From Bacillota bacterium (GTDB taxonomy: Bacteria > Bacillota > SHA-98 > UBA4971), in NCBI GenBank assembly GCA_050949175.1, contig JBMNFG010000011.1, positions 329,549 through 393,548 on the forward strand: a stretch of DNA of 64,000 nucleotides, given 5' to 3'. Both the position numbers and the translations under genes were made by a program. A model generated the notes under the pieces. The model had not been told where the DNA came from. It saw only the letters and a program-made list of their open reading frames with translations, and did no database searches. Below, one piece after another: positions 44,991-54,003 of this stretch (position 1 is its first letter; each line of letters begins with the position of its first letter).

Positions 44991-46583
44991 ATGGGATGCG
45001 AAAAAGGTTACCTTGCTATTGTCCTTCACGCCCACTTGCCGTTTATAAGACACCCGGAGCATCCGGATTTTTTTGAGGAGACCTGGCTTTATGAAGCCAT
45101 TACAGAGACGTACATTCCGCTTATAAAGGTCTTTAAGCGCCTGGCTGACGAAGGGATAAGATATCGAATAACAATGTCTCTTACTCCGCCGCTAGCATGT
45201 ATGCTCCAGGACAGCCTTCTACAGGAGCGGTACCTTCGCCATATAGAACGCCTTATTGAGCTTGCAGAAAAGGAAATCGAACGCACCCGCTGGCTCCCGG
45301 AGTTTCATAAGAATGCCGTTATGTACCTGGAGAAATTCCGCGAAGCCAGGCGTGTATTCTTAGATGAATATCAATGCAACCTGGTGACCGCATTTGCTGA
45401 ACTACAGGACAGGGGTTGCCTGGAGCTTATCACTTCGTGTGCAACCCACGGCTATCTTCCTCTTATGGAAATATGCCGCGAAGCAGTGCGTGCTCAGATA
45501 AAGATAGCAGTTGACTACTACAGAAAGCGCTTTAACCGTGATTCGCCCGGTTTCTGGCTTCCTGAATGCGGCTTTAACCCCGGTGATGATGAGCACTTGA
45601 AACAGGAAGGCATAAGGTATTTCATACTGGACTCTCACGGAGTGCTGTTCGCGTCCCCTCAGCCAAAGTACGGGGTGTTTGCACCTGTATACTGCAGGTC
45701 CGGAGTGGCTGCCTTCGGCAGGGATATGGAATCATCGAAGCAGGTTTGGAGCGCACGGGAAGGATATCCGGGAGACTATGATTACAGGGAGTTTTACCGG
45801 GACATCGGATATGATCTGGACTACGAATACATAAAACCGTATATCCACTCGAGCGGAGCTCGGATCAGCACAGGAATAAAGTATTACAGGATCACCGGAA
45901 AGACCCATGACAAACAGCCTTACGACAGGGAACGCGCACTGAGAAAAGCCGCGATCCATGCCGGGAACTTTATGTTCAACAGAGAAAGGCAGATTGAGTA
46001 TCTCGCATCTGTAATGGACAGAAAGCCAATCGTGGTCGCACCGTACGACGCAGAGCTCTTCGGGCACTGGTGGTTTGAAGGGCCTGAGTGGCTCGATTAC
46101 CTGATACGAAAAGTCACCTATGACCAGAATATATTCAAGTTGATTACGCCAGGAGATTACTTGGACATATATAAGCGCAACCAGGTATCGACACCGTCCT
46201 TGTCCAGCTGGGGGTATAAGGGCTATAATGAGGTCTGGCTGGAAGGTTCCAACGACTGGATCTATCCTCACCTTCATAAAGCAGCTGAAAGAATGGTGGA
46301 GCTGGCCAAAGCCTATCCTTCAACAGACGGCCTGAGGAGGCGCGCCTTAAACCAGGCAGCCAGGGAGCTGCTGCTTGCTCAGAGCAGCGATTGGGCTTTC
46401 ATCATGAAGACAGGGACTGTGGTCCCGTATGCGGTAAGGCGCACCAAAGAGCACCTGTGGCGCTTTACAAAGCTCTATGAAGATATCCGGCGGGATTCCA
46501 TTGACGAAGGCTGGCTTTCGGAGATGGAATACAGAAACAACATCTTTCCTGAGATAGACTACAGTGTCTATGCTAAAGCTTAA
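44991..46583 (+). CDS. GH57 1,4-alpha-glucan branching enzyme-like (DUF1957), paralogue 2
   Basis: LHAHLPF, WLPECG, APYDAELFGHWWFEG, AQSSDWAF. Confidence 0.92.
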   Translation: MGCEKGYLAIVLHAHLPFIRHPEHPDFFEETWLYEAITETYIPLIKVFKRLADEGIRYRITMSLTPPLACMLQDSLLQERYLRHIERLIELAEKEIERTRWLPEFHKNAVMYLEKFREARRVFLDEYQCNLVTAFAELQDRGCLELITSCATHGYLPLMEICREAVRAQIKIAVDYYRKRFNRDSPGFWLPECGFNPGDDEHLKQEGIRYFILDSHGVLFASPQPKYGVFAPVYCRSGVAAFGRDMESSKQVWSAREGYPGDYDYREFYRDIGYDLDYEYIKPYIHSSGARISTGIKYYRITGKTHDKQPYDRERALRKAAIHAGNFMFNRERQIEYLASVMDRKPIVVAPYDAELFGHWWFEGPEWLDYLIRKVTYDQNIFKLITPGDYLDIYKRNQVSTPSLSSWGYKGYNEVWLEGSNDWIYPHLHKAAERMVELAKAYPSTDGLRRRALNQAARELLLAQSSDWAFIMKTGTVVPYAVRRTKEHLWRFTKLYEDIRRDSIDEGWLSEMEYRNNIFPEIDYSVYAKA

Positions 46584-46660
46584 GCACTGTGAGCGCTCGA
46601 TGTCTATACAAGGGCTTTAAGCACTGTAATCGATCTATGTCTATGCCAAGACTTGAGCAC
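46565..46660. repeat. Three copies (36-37 bp period) of the GH57 stop-codon region
   Basis: tgtctatgctaaagcttaagcac at 46565, variants at 46601 and 46638. Confidence 0.8.
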
Positions 46661-46731
46661 AAAAGACGACCGCGGAATGCCACAAGACCCAGTAAAGTCT
46701 CCGGTACGTGCCGCTCTGTTCTTATCTTCGA

Positions 46732-49212
46732 TTAGATCGTCCCGATCTCCATAATACGGTTCATGTAAGCTTCTCGCAGCGCTTCTGCCTCGTCCGGACT
46801 GGAAGCCTCACTGTAGATGTGGAAGAGCGGCTCTTCCGAATCAGGCAGAACCAATGCCCAGCCTTTTTCGTGGTAAACCTTAATACCGTCTATAAGCTCC
46901 ACTTGCTTGGTGCGGGTCTCATTAATGAGAGTCCTCATTACCTTGCCTTTAGCTTCCCAGGGACATTCCACGCTGCGCTTGCTGATATAAAATTCAGGAA
47001 CCATGGAAACCAATTCTGAAAGCCTGATGCTGTCCCGTGCCATGGTCTCCAGGATCTTTCCAAGAGAAAAGAGGGCGTCAAAAGGCGCCTGAAATCCCGG
47101 GAGGCCTTTTTCTCCTATGAAGATCTTTTCTTCAATAGCCTTCTCCATAACTGACCTGGGATTGGCTCGGGTGCGGACTACGCGTCCCCGGTATCTTCTG
47201 GCCATTTCCTCGATAATTCGCGAAGCTGTAACAGGCACTGCCACAGTAGCGCCTTCCCTGGATTTCAGGACAAGAAGGGACATTAAGGCTGTGAACAGGT
47301 CCTCAGACACCCTGTTGCCTTTTTCATCAACCAGGAGAAGCCTTTCTGCATTGCTGTCAACGATTATTCCGAGATCCGCCTGCTGAACAACGACGGACTT
47401 TGCAAGAAACGATAGAGAATCCAGCATATCCAGGAGGTGTCTTGGCCCTTGTTCTGCATTGCTTTCCCTGTCTGACGTAGATACAGTGCAACCCAGCGCA
47501 GAAAGGAAAGACGGCAGGAGCAAAGAGAGGTTGCCGGGGTCGTAATCTACAACGACTTTAAACTGCTTCTCTCTTATCACATCTACGGAGATGGTCTCGA
47601 GGAGACAGTCTAAGTACTCTTCCATAAGGCGGGTTAGAAAAGCCACTTCCCCGATATCGTCCGGGCTTACCCTGGTAAAGTCCTCGCTGAAGAAGGCATT
47701 CTCGATTCTTCGTTCAGTGGCTTTATCGATATTCATGCCTTTATCGTCAAGGAATTCGATTAAGGCGATATCCGGGTCATAGGGAGAAAGCCGCACGTGC
47801 AGGCCCCCTGCAACTCCCAGGGCTGTAACGGCGTACCGAGTCACAGGTGTGGTGGTACGGCCAACATCGTAGACAGCTGCACCGCCTGAGAGAAGGCCTG
47901 ATGTCAGTGCCCGCTTTATCATCCGGGAAGGCTTGTACGCATCTGAGCTTATAACCACCTGACGCCTCTCTTTGAAGCATGAGCTGTAAGCTGCCCCTAA
48001 TTTGGCTGCGATTTCGGGAGTAAGCTCCACGTTGACAAGGCCTGAGACTCCATACGTCCCGAACAACCGCTTGGACCATTTAGCCCCCCACACCAAGCTT
48101 GTGGTAATGGTTGTGCCTGCGTCAATAACCTTTTCAGGCCATATCTTTACGCCGGGCTTGATAACGGAGCTGCCGCCTACTACAGAGCGAGACCCAATGA
48201 TAGATCCTTCAAATACCGCTGTCTTTGCCTTGAGGCTTACTTTGCTGCAGACGATAGCCCCCCTTAGTTCAGTGTCCTTCCCGAAGAAGGAGTCATCCCA
48301 GAGCACGCTGCGTTTTGCGGAAGCACCGTCGTTTAGGATATTATTGTGTCCGATGACCGTGCTTGAGCCGATCTCCACACCTCGCCTGATACGGCAGAAA
48401 TCTCCGATTATAACAGGGGCATCAAGCTTTGCGCTTGGATGGATTTCAGTGCCTCTTCCTATGTAGATGCCTTTTGCGATTTCTTCTCCCGGAATTCTGA
48501 CGCGTACTAATCCTTGGAGGATATCATAATGGGTCTGGCGGTACTGGTCGATATTACCCACATCACTCCAGTAGCCCTGGGCTACATATCCAAAGAGAGG
48601 CAGGCCTTTCTTTAGAATAAGCGGAAACAGGTTCTTGCTGAAGTCAAACTCAACGCCCGGGTCAAAGAGACGCAACACATCCGGTTCCAGCACATAGATG
48701 CCGGTATTCACCGTATCGCTGAATACCTCGCTCCAACTGGGCTTCTCAAGGAACCTTGTAATGCGGCCGTCATCGTCGGTGATTACGACCCCGTATTCCA
48801 GCGGGCTTGTAACGCGAGTCAGGACGATTGTGGCGATTGCCCCTTTAGCTTTGTGAAACTCCACAGCTTCAGTTAAGTTGATATCTGTCAGCGCATCTCC
48901 TGAGATCACGAGGAAGGTTGAATCCAGCAGGTGTTCACATGCTTTGACACTTCCTGCTGTGCCAAGGGGTGTATCTTCAACAGCGTAATCCATGGAGACT
49001 CCGAATCTTTCTCCTTGGCCGAAGTAGTCCATGATTACTTCCGGCATGTAGTAAAGTGTGGCGAGGATATCGCAGAACCCGTGAAGTTTCAGAAGGTCAA
49101 TGACATGCTCCAGCATGGGGCGGTTCACCACCGGCACCATGGGCTTCGGCCTGTCACATGTAAGAGGTCTAAGCCTTGTCCCTTTTCCGCCTGCCATCAC
49201 TACCGCCTTCAA
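46732..49212 (-). CDS. Sugar-1-phosphate nucleotidyltransferase + hexapeptide (LbH) + phosphomannomutase-like fusion
   Basis: MAGGKGTRLRPLT, FLEKP, YWSDVG, hexapeptide repeats, then an LFGTYG PGM/PMM-type domain. Confidence 0.9.
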   Translation of the reverse strand: MKAVVMAGGKGTRLRPLTCDRPKPMVPVVNRPMLEHVIDLLKLHGFCDILATLYYMPEVIMDYFGQGERFGVSMDYAVEDTPLGTAGSVKACEHLLDSTFLVISGDALTDINLTEAVEFHKAKGAIATIVLTRVTSPLEYGVVITDDDGRITRFLEKPSWSEVFSDTVNTGIYVLEPDVLRLFDPGVEFDFSKNLFPLILKKGLPLFGYVAQGYWSDVGNIDQYRQTHYDILQGLVRVRIPGEEIAKGIYIGRGTEIHPSAKLDAPVIIGDFCRIRRGVEIGSSTVIGHNNILNDGASAKRSVLWDDSFFGKDTELRGAIVCSKVSLKAKTAVFEGSIIGSRSVVGGSSVIKPGVKIWPEKVIDAGTTITTSLVWGAKWSKRLFGTYGVSGLVNVELTPEIAAKLGAAYSSCFKERRQVVISSDAYKPSRMIKRALTSGLLSGGAAVYDVGRTTTPVTRYAVTALGVAGGLHVRLSPYDPDIALIEFLDDKGMNIDKATERRIENAFFSEDFTRVSPDDIGEVAFLTRLMEEYLDCLLETISVDVIREKQFKVVVDYDPGNLSLLLPSFLSALGCTVSTSDRESNAEQGPRHLLDMLDSLSFLAKSVVVQQADLGIIVDSNAERLLLVDEKGNRVSEDLFTALMSLLVLKSREGATVAVPVTASRIIEEMARRYRGRVVRTRANPRSVMEKAIEEKIFIGEKGLPGFQAPFDALFSLGKILETMARDSIRLSELVSMVPEFYISKRSVECPWEAKGKVMRTLINETRTKQVELIDGIKVYHEKGWALVLPDSEEPLFHIYSEASSPDEAEALREAYMNRIMEIGTI

Positions 49213-49285
49213 AGGAATCCTGCCTCCTTTTCTCTGCGCTGCCTCGTTGATAGTGTGTCGCTCGCTCGTGTCGCAGTCGCACTAA

Positions 49286-50569
49286 CTAGCCGCTGTTGTG
49301 CGCAAAGTATCGGGAATACTCGCGAGAATACTCGTGCGGGACAGCCTCCTGCGCCTGAAAGATCCACCTCGGCCTAGTTACCGCCCACGGACTTGCCCTG
49401 TATGCCTTAAGGACTTCGTCGTAAACCCGAGACGTGGATTCAGCTATTATGTCCCAGTTAAACTTAGTTAGAACATCATGTGTTGCATTGGCACGGATTT
49501 CGTCGCACAAGCGCTTGTCTGCAAGGAGGGTTAGGATATTATCCGCAAGTGAACTGGGGTTACCGGGGTAGCATTTCATGCCTGTAACCCCGTGTCTGAC
49601 TACTTCTCCTAACCCTCCTACATCTGAAACCACAACCGGAGTCCCTGATGCCATGGCCTCCAGCGCAGTTATGCCAAAGGGTTCATAGAGGCTGGGCACA
49701 CAGGCCACGTCTGCACACTTATAGAGCTTATTGCGAGTTGGATCATCGACAAACCCTGCGAAGTAAACCCTGTTGTAGATGCCCAGATTGCCGGCATATT
49801 CTTTTAGATATGCATCAGCAGGGCCTTTGCCCGCGACAACCAGTTTAACCTTGTCCCTGTAAGCAAGGACTTTGCAGAACGCATCGAGAAGGACATGGAC
49901 CCCTTTCTCATGCACCAGCCTGCCTATGAAGAAGATCATCTGCTCATCAGGTGCAGCCCATCTTGAACGAAAAGCAACAAGGTCCTCGCCTTCAGGCACT
50001 TGAAACCTGGTTGGGTCTACCCCGTTGGGGATTTGGCGCAGTTTATCTCCGGGAAGCTGAAAGATCCATGATAACTCGCGGCGCATGTGCTCACTGCAGC
50101 ATATGACACGCCACGATTCGAACCCCAGCCACCACTCGACATTACTGATGTAGCGCTGCAGATCATTGTGAAGGCCCCAATTCCGGCCGTATTCCGTGGC
50201 ATGAATTGTACCGACTAAAGGAATGTTAAAAGCATGTTTCAATGCTTTCCCGGCGTAGGCAACTATCCAATCATGTGCGTGCACAAGATCCGCACCCATA
50301 GCAGCCCGTTCAATCCCGCGCTCCATAAGGTTCAGGTTCATCTGCATGACCCAGGTGAGAAAGTCAGGAGGAGAAGGATTGTGAAAAGGAACTCTGAACA
50401 CCCGGACCCCTTCGTCATCCTCTTCTTCGCAGGCATTACTGTGGCCGCAGGTGATAACATCAACATCCACTCCCTGCTTAACCAGGGCTTTCGAAAGGTC
50501 CTCCACATGCCTGGCTATTCCCCCGACCACCCTCGGCGGATACTCCCAGGAAAGCATAATCACGTGCAC
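49286..50569 (-). CDS. GT4-family glycosyltransferase
   Basis: SWEYPPRVVGG, HAHDW, GRLVHEKG, YEPFGITALEAMA. Confidence 0.92.
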   Translation of the reverse strand: MHVIMLSWEYPPRVVGGIARHVEDLSKALVKQGVDVDVITCGHSNACEEEDDEGVRVFRVPFHNPSPPDFLTWVMQMNLNLMERGIERAAMGADLVHAHDWIVAYAGKALKHAFNIPLVGTIHATEYGRNWGLHNDLQRYISNVEWWLGFESWRVICCSEHMRRELSWIFQLPGDKLRQIPNGVDPTRFQVPEGEDLVAFRSRWAAPDEQMIFFIGRLVHEKGVHVLLDAFCKVLAYRDKVKLVVAGKGPADAYLKEYAGNLGIYNRVYFAGFVDDPTRNKLYKCADVACVPSLYEPFGITALEAMASGTPVVVSDVGGLGEVVRHGVTGMKCYPGNPSSLADNILTLLADKRLCDEIRANATHDVLTKFNWDIIAESTSRVYDEVLKAYRASPWAVTRPRWIFQAQEAVPHEYSREYSRYFAHNSG

Positions 50570-50584
50570 TGTATCTCCTCCTTT

Positions 50585-51395
50585 AATGAGCCGCTACGCC
50601 GCTAATAGCCCGCTAATACGCTGCTAATAGCCAGCTGGTTAACTGCGAATAGAGTGCCAAAGATTGCTGTAGACTGCTAGCTGCTAACAGACCGGTAATA
50701 GACGGCTAACAAACCGCTGTTAAACTGCTAACCGACTGCTGACAGATGGCTAACGGACTGCAAAAAGACTGCTAATCGCCCAGTAATGGCCTACCAATAG
50801 GCCTCTTGTGGCCTCTAGCAGGCCGGTAACGGACTGCTGACAGACCGCTAACGGACTGCTGACAGACTGCTAACGGACTGCTGATACCCTACTAATAGGC
50901 GCCTAATGAACCGCCGGCAGACCGGTGACAAGCCGCTGTTAGACTGCTAACGGCAACCTGAGAGACTGCTATCGGACTGCTAATAGCCTACTCATAGGCC
51001 ACTAATGTCCTCCAGCAGGCCGGTAACCGACTGCTGACGAACTGCTAACGACCTGATGATAGACTGCTCATAGCCTACTGATAGTCTCCTAATGAGCCTC
51101 TAGTAGACGGTCAACAGACTGGTGACACATTGCTAACGACCTGCTAATAGATTGCTAACAGGCTCCTAATCAGCGGCTAGCGAACCGGTAATGGACTGCT
51201 GACAGATTGCTAATGGCCTGCTAATGGCCTGCTGCCAGACTGTTAACGACCTGCTAATAGACTACTCATAGCATACCAATAGGCTCCTAATCAGTCGGCA
51301 GTAGGCCGGCAATGAACTGCTGATAGACTCCTTATACACTCAAGGTAAACCGGTAGGGAACCGGTCATAGGCCTCCAATCGACTGCTCATAGACT
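50585..51395. repeat. About 800 bp 11-bp-period minisatellite (GACTGCTAAYR) with higher-order blocks
   Basis: Example run gactgctgaca-gaccgctaacg-gactgctgaca-gactgctaacg; no ORF of 60 aa or more in the track. Confidence 0.88.
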
Positions 51396-51701
51396 ACAAG
51401 ATGTTTTCTGGCCTCAACGGATACCGACACCCGACATCTTTGCAAACTAAGGAAATCTCATAATACCGACTACTACGGCAGATACAAATCGATGCCTTGA
51501 CCTCGGTATGCATTGCCACCTATCCTACGGTCCTTACCACCTCCGGCACCTTCGACAGCGCAGACCATACCTGTTAACTCCCAGCAAGGATAGATGCATC
51601 TCCTGCTTTGTCCAGGTGTACAGATACCCTAGGTGGCTCTGGAAGAGCACGCCTGTTCTTAGGATTTACTCCAAGTCAGGAATTATTCGTAAGTCAGCCC
51701 T

Positions 51702-52240
51702 GTGGTCGAGAATCGCCCACCATTTGGCTGTTTGATGGCAGTTTTTCTACCACAGTTTTGAGCGTAAGCTCTAAAATGGTAGAGTCTCGCCCACCAAGAG
51801 GCTCAAGGGTGGAAGGTTTTCTACCATGATCAGGCGTTAAGGTGGTAGGATATCGACCACCACGCCTCCCAAAATCTTACACATCACGGTTTGGTGGTCG
51901 AAACTCGCCCACATTTTCTGAAAAAGTGGGCGAAAAACTGCCACATTTTCCAAAAACGTGGTAGGAATTCTACCACCTGAGCCTCAAAAAGCTCCCAAAA
52001 CCGGGCTCCAACCTGAAAATGTGGTCGATTCTCTACCGCCTGAGGCAGTTTGGGTGGTTCAAAATCGTCCATTTATGAACGTTTGCTCGAAAAAATCCAA
52101 AAGGGTGGTCGAAATTGAACCACCTTTTTAAGGAAATGTGGCTCAAAATCGCCCATTTATGAGCGTTTGCTCAAAAAAACCGCAAAGAGTAGCCGAAATT
52201 GGTCCACGTTGTCTGCAAACGGTGGTTCAATTTCGATAAC
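51702..52240. repeat. Phased palindrome array, copy 2: 14 units, same orientation as copy 1
   Basis: Units start at 51702, 51735, 51776, 51809, 51842, 51894, 51926, 51958, 52021, 52054, 52105, 52138, 52189 and 52222; spacers align with copy 1. Confidence 0.9.
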
Positions 52241-52284
52241 CGTTCTTAGCTAGATTTGTTTTTGAACGGTTGAGTCAGAGTCCG

Positions 52285-52620
52285 GGTAAAAAAAGCAGCA
52301 AAATCAACAGGAAAGACAGCACAAAATGGAATATCAGAATGCCACAGAACAGACCTCAAAAGAGGCAACAGAAGAAGCAAAAGAAAGAAGCAGGACAGGC
52401 GCCGGAAGATAGAATATGAGAACGCCACCGAAGAGCCAGCAGACGAGATCTTAGAAGAAGCAACAGGAGAAAGAGCAGAAGATAGGAGCAGGAAAGGCTC
52501 TGGAAGATAGAGTACAAGAACGCACAGAACAGGCACCGAAAGAAGGAGCGAAAGAAAGAACAGAAGACAGAGCAGCAGAAAGAACTGAAGGAAGAGCAGG
52601 CGAAAGAAGGGAAACCGTCA
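52285..52620. repeat. Purine-rich (A/G) low-complexity tract with roughly 12-bp periodicity
   Basis: aagaacagaagacagagcagcagaaagaactgaagg-like runs; very few T on the + strand. Confidence 0.6.
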
Positions 52621-52720
52621 GCTAGTCGTAAAGATGGCCGACTAGTCGTAAAGATGGCCAACTAGACGTAAAGATAGCCAACCGGCCGTAAAGATAGCCA
52701 ACTAGGTGTATAGATGGCAG
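52621..52720. repeat. 20-bp tandem repeat (4 copies plus the gene copy) matching the 3' end of oppD
   Basis: actagtcgtaaagatggcca-type units followed in register by actaggtgtatagatggcag, which contains the stop codon. Confidence 0.85.
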
Positions 52721-53778
52721 CGGACTTTGCGTCCGTCATCCATTGTGACAAAAGGCGGCTCAATATTGAAGCACACAGAGTGAGCATCCTTGCAGCGCGG
52801 TGTAAAGCTGCACCCAGGAGGAAGATTGGTAAGGTCGGGAACCTCGCCTTCTACAGGAACAAGTTCGCGCCTCTGGCCTATCTGGGGAATCGATCTTAGA
52901 AGGCCTTGAGTATAAGGATGAAGCGGCGAAGTAAGCACATCGTCGATATCTCCCGACTCTACGATTTGGCCTGCGTACATCACGGCAGCTTTGTGACAGA
53001 ATTCCGCTGCAACGCCCAGGTCATGGGTGACAAGGATTATCGCTGTCCCAAGCTCTTCATTAATCTCACGCATCAAATCCAGCACCTGCGCCTGAACTGT
53101 GACGTCCAAAGCAGTGGTGGGTTCGTCGGCCAGTATAACCTTAGGCCTGCACGCAAGGGCAATAGCAATGAGGATGCGCTGCTGCATCCCACCGCTGAAC
53201 TGATGGGGATACTCCAGATGCCTGTGCTCCGGAGAAGGTATCCCCACCTGCCTTAGAAGGTTCACCACCAGTTCCCGCTCTTTCTCGCGCTCATCACGCC
53301 GAAGGCGCCTGAGAAACCCCGGCAGCAGCCCGTGAACACGAAGAGACTCCGAAATCTGCTCCCCCACTCGGTAAGCAGGGTTCAGGGTCGTCATAGGATC
53401 CTGGAAAACCATTGCGATATCTTTTCCTCGCACGTCCCGCATTTCTGCTTCAGACAGAGTCAGAAGTTCCCTTCCTTCAAACTTAACAGACCCGTTGACA
53501 ATCCGCCCCGGACGAGGGACAAGCCGCATTATCGAAAGCAGGCATGCGCTCTTACCGCAGCCTGATTCTCCCACAATCGCCAGGATGTCGCCTTTCGCTA
53601 ACACAAGGTCGACATTACGCACAGCGCGGACAGTCCCTCGAGGAGTTGGATACTCGGTAGACAGCCCGGAGACCTCAAGGACCCAAGGAGTTTCAGGAGA
53701 CTGTTCATTGTGAGTTGATTTCCCAGATTCAGCTCCGATCAAAGCTCGATGTTTAGTTCGTTTGTTTAGGGTGTCCAT
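52702..53778 (-). CDS. oppD: Oligopeptide/dipeptide ABC ATP-binding protein (OppD/DppD)
   Basis: [31 protein letters not shown]-terminal Cys motif. Confidence 0.92.
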   Translation of the reverse strand: MDTLNKRTKHRALIGAESGKSTHNEQSPETPWVLEVSGLSTEYPTPRGTVRAVRNVDLVLAKGDILAIVGESGCGKSACLLSIMRLVPRPGRIVNGSVKFEGRELLTLSEAEMRDVRGKDIAMVFQDPMTTLNPAYRVGEQISESLRVHGLLPGFLRRLRRDEREKERELVVNLLRQVGIPSPEHRHLEYPHQFSGGMQQRILIAIALACRPKVILADEPTTALDVTVQAQVLDLMREINEELGTAIILVTHDLGVAAEFCHKAAVMYAGQIVESGDIDDVLTSPLHPYTQGLLRSIPQIGQRRELVPVEGEVPDLTNLPPGCSFTPRCKDAHSVCFNIEPPFVTMDDGRKVRCHLYT

Positions 53779-53784
53779 CTGATA

Positions 53785-54003
53785 ACCTCCCTGTTAACCC
53801 TCCTGTTAACGGTCCTGTTGTCCCTCCCGTTAACCGTCCTGTTAACGCTCCTATTAACTCTCCCGCTGACTGTCCGGTTAACCGTCCTGTTAACTGTCAC
53901 TGTCCGTTAACCGCCCTGTTGACCCTCCTGTCAACCGTCCTGTTAATCCTTCTGTTAACCCGCGTGTTGATCCTCCTGTTAACCCTCGCGCTAACCCTCC
54001 TGC
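53785..54003. repeat. 12-bp tandem repeat (about 18 copies), minus strand CAGGAGGGTTAA, matching the oppC end
   Basis: cctgttaaccct units run from the oppC stop (CAG GAG GGT TAG) to the oppD RBS. Confidence 0.88.

Noticed and set aside
46565-46660. Mini-CRISPR or guide-RNA array after GH57
   Set aside because: The first unit is the gene's own 3' end, spacers are only 10 bp, and no effector gene is nearby
52246-52661. Hydrophobic Phe/Leu/Ser/Cys-rich ORFs on the minus strand, and 53919-54131 on the plus strand
   Set aside because: They are translations of low-complexity repeat DNA with no RBS
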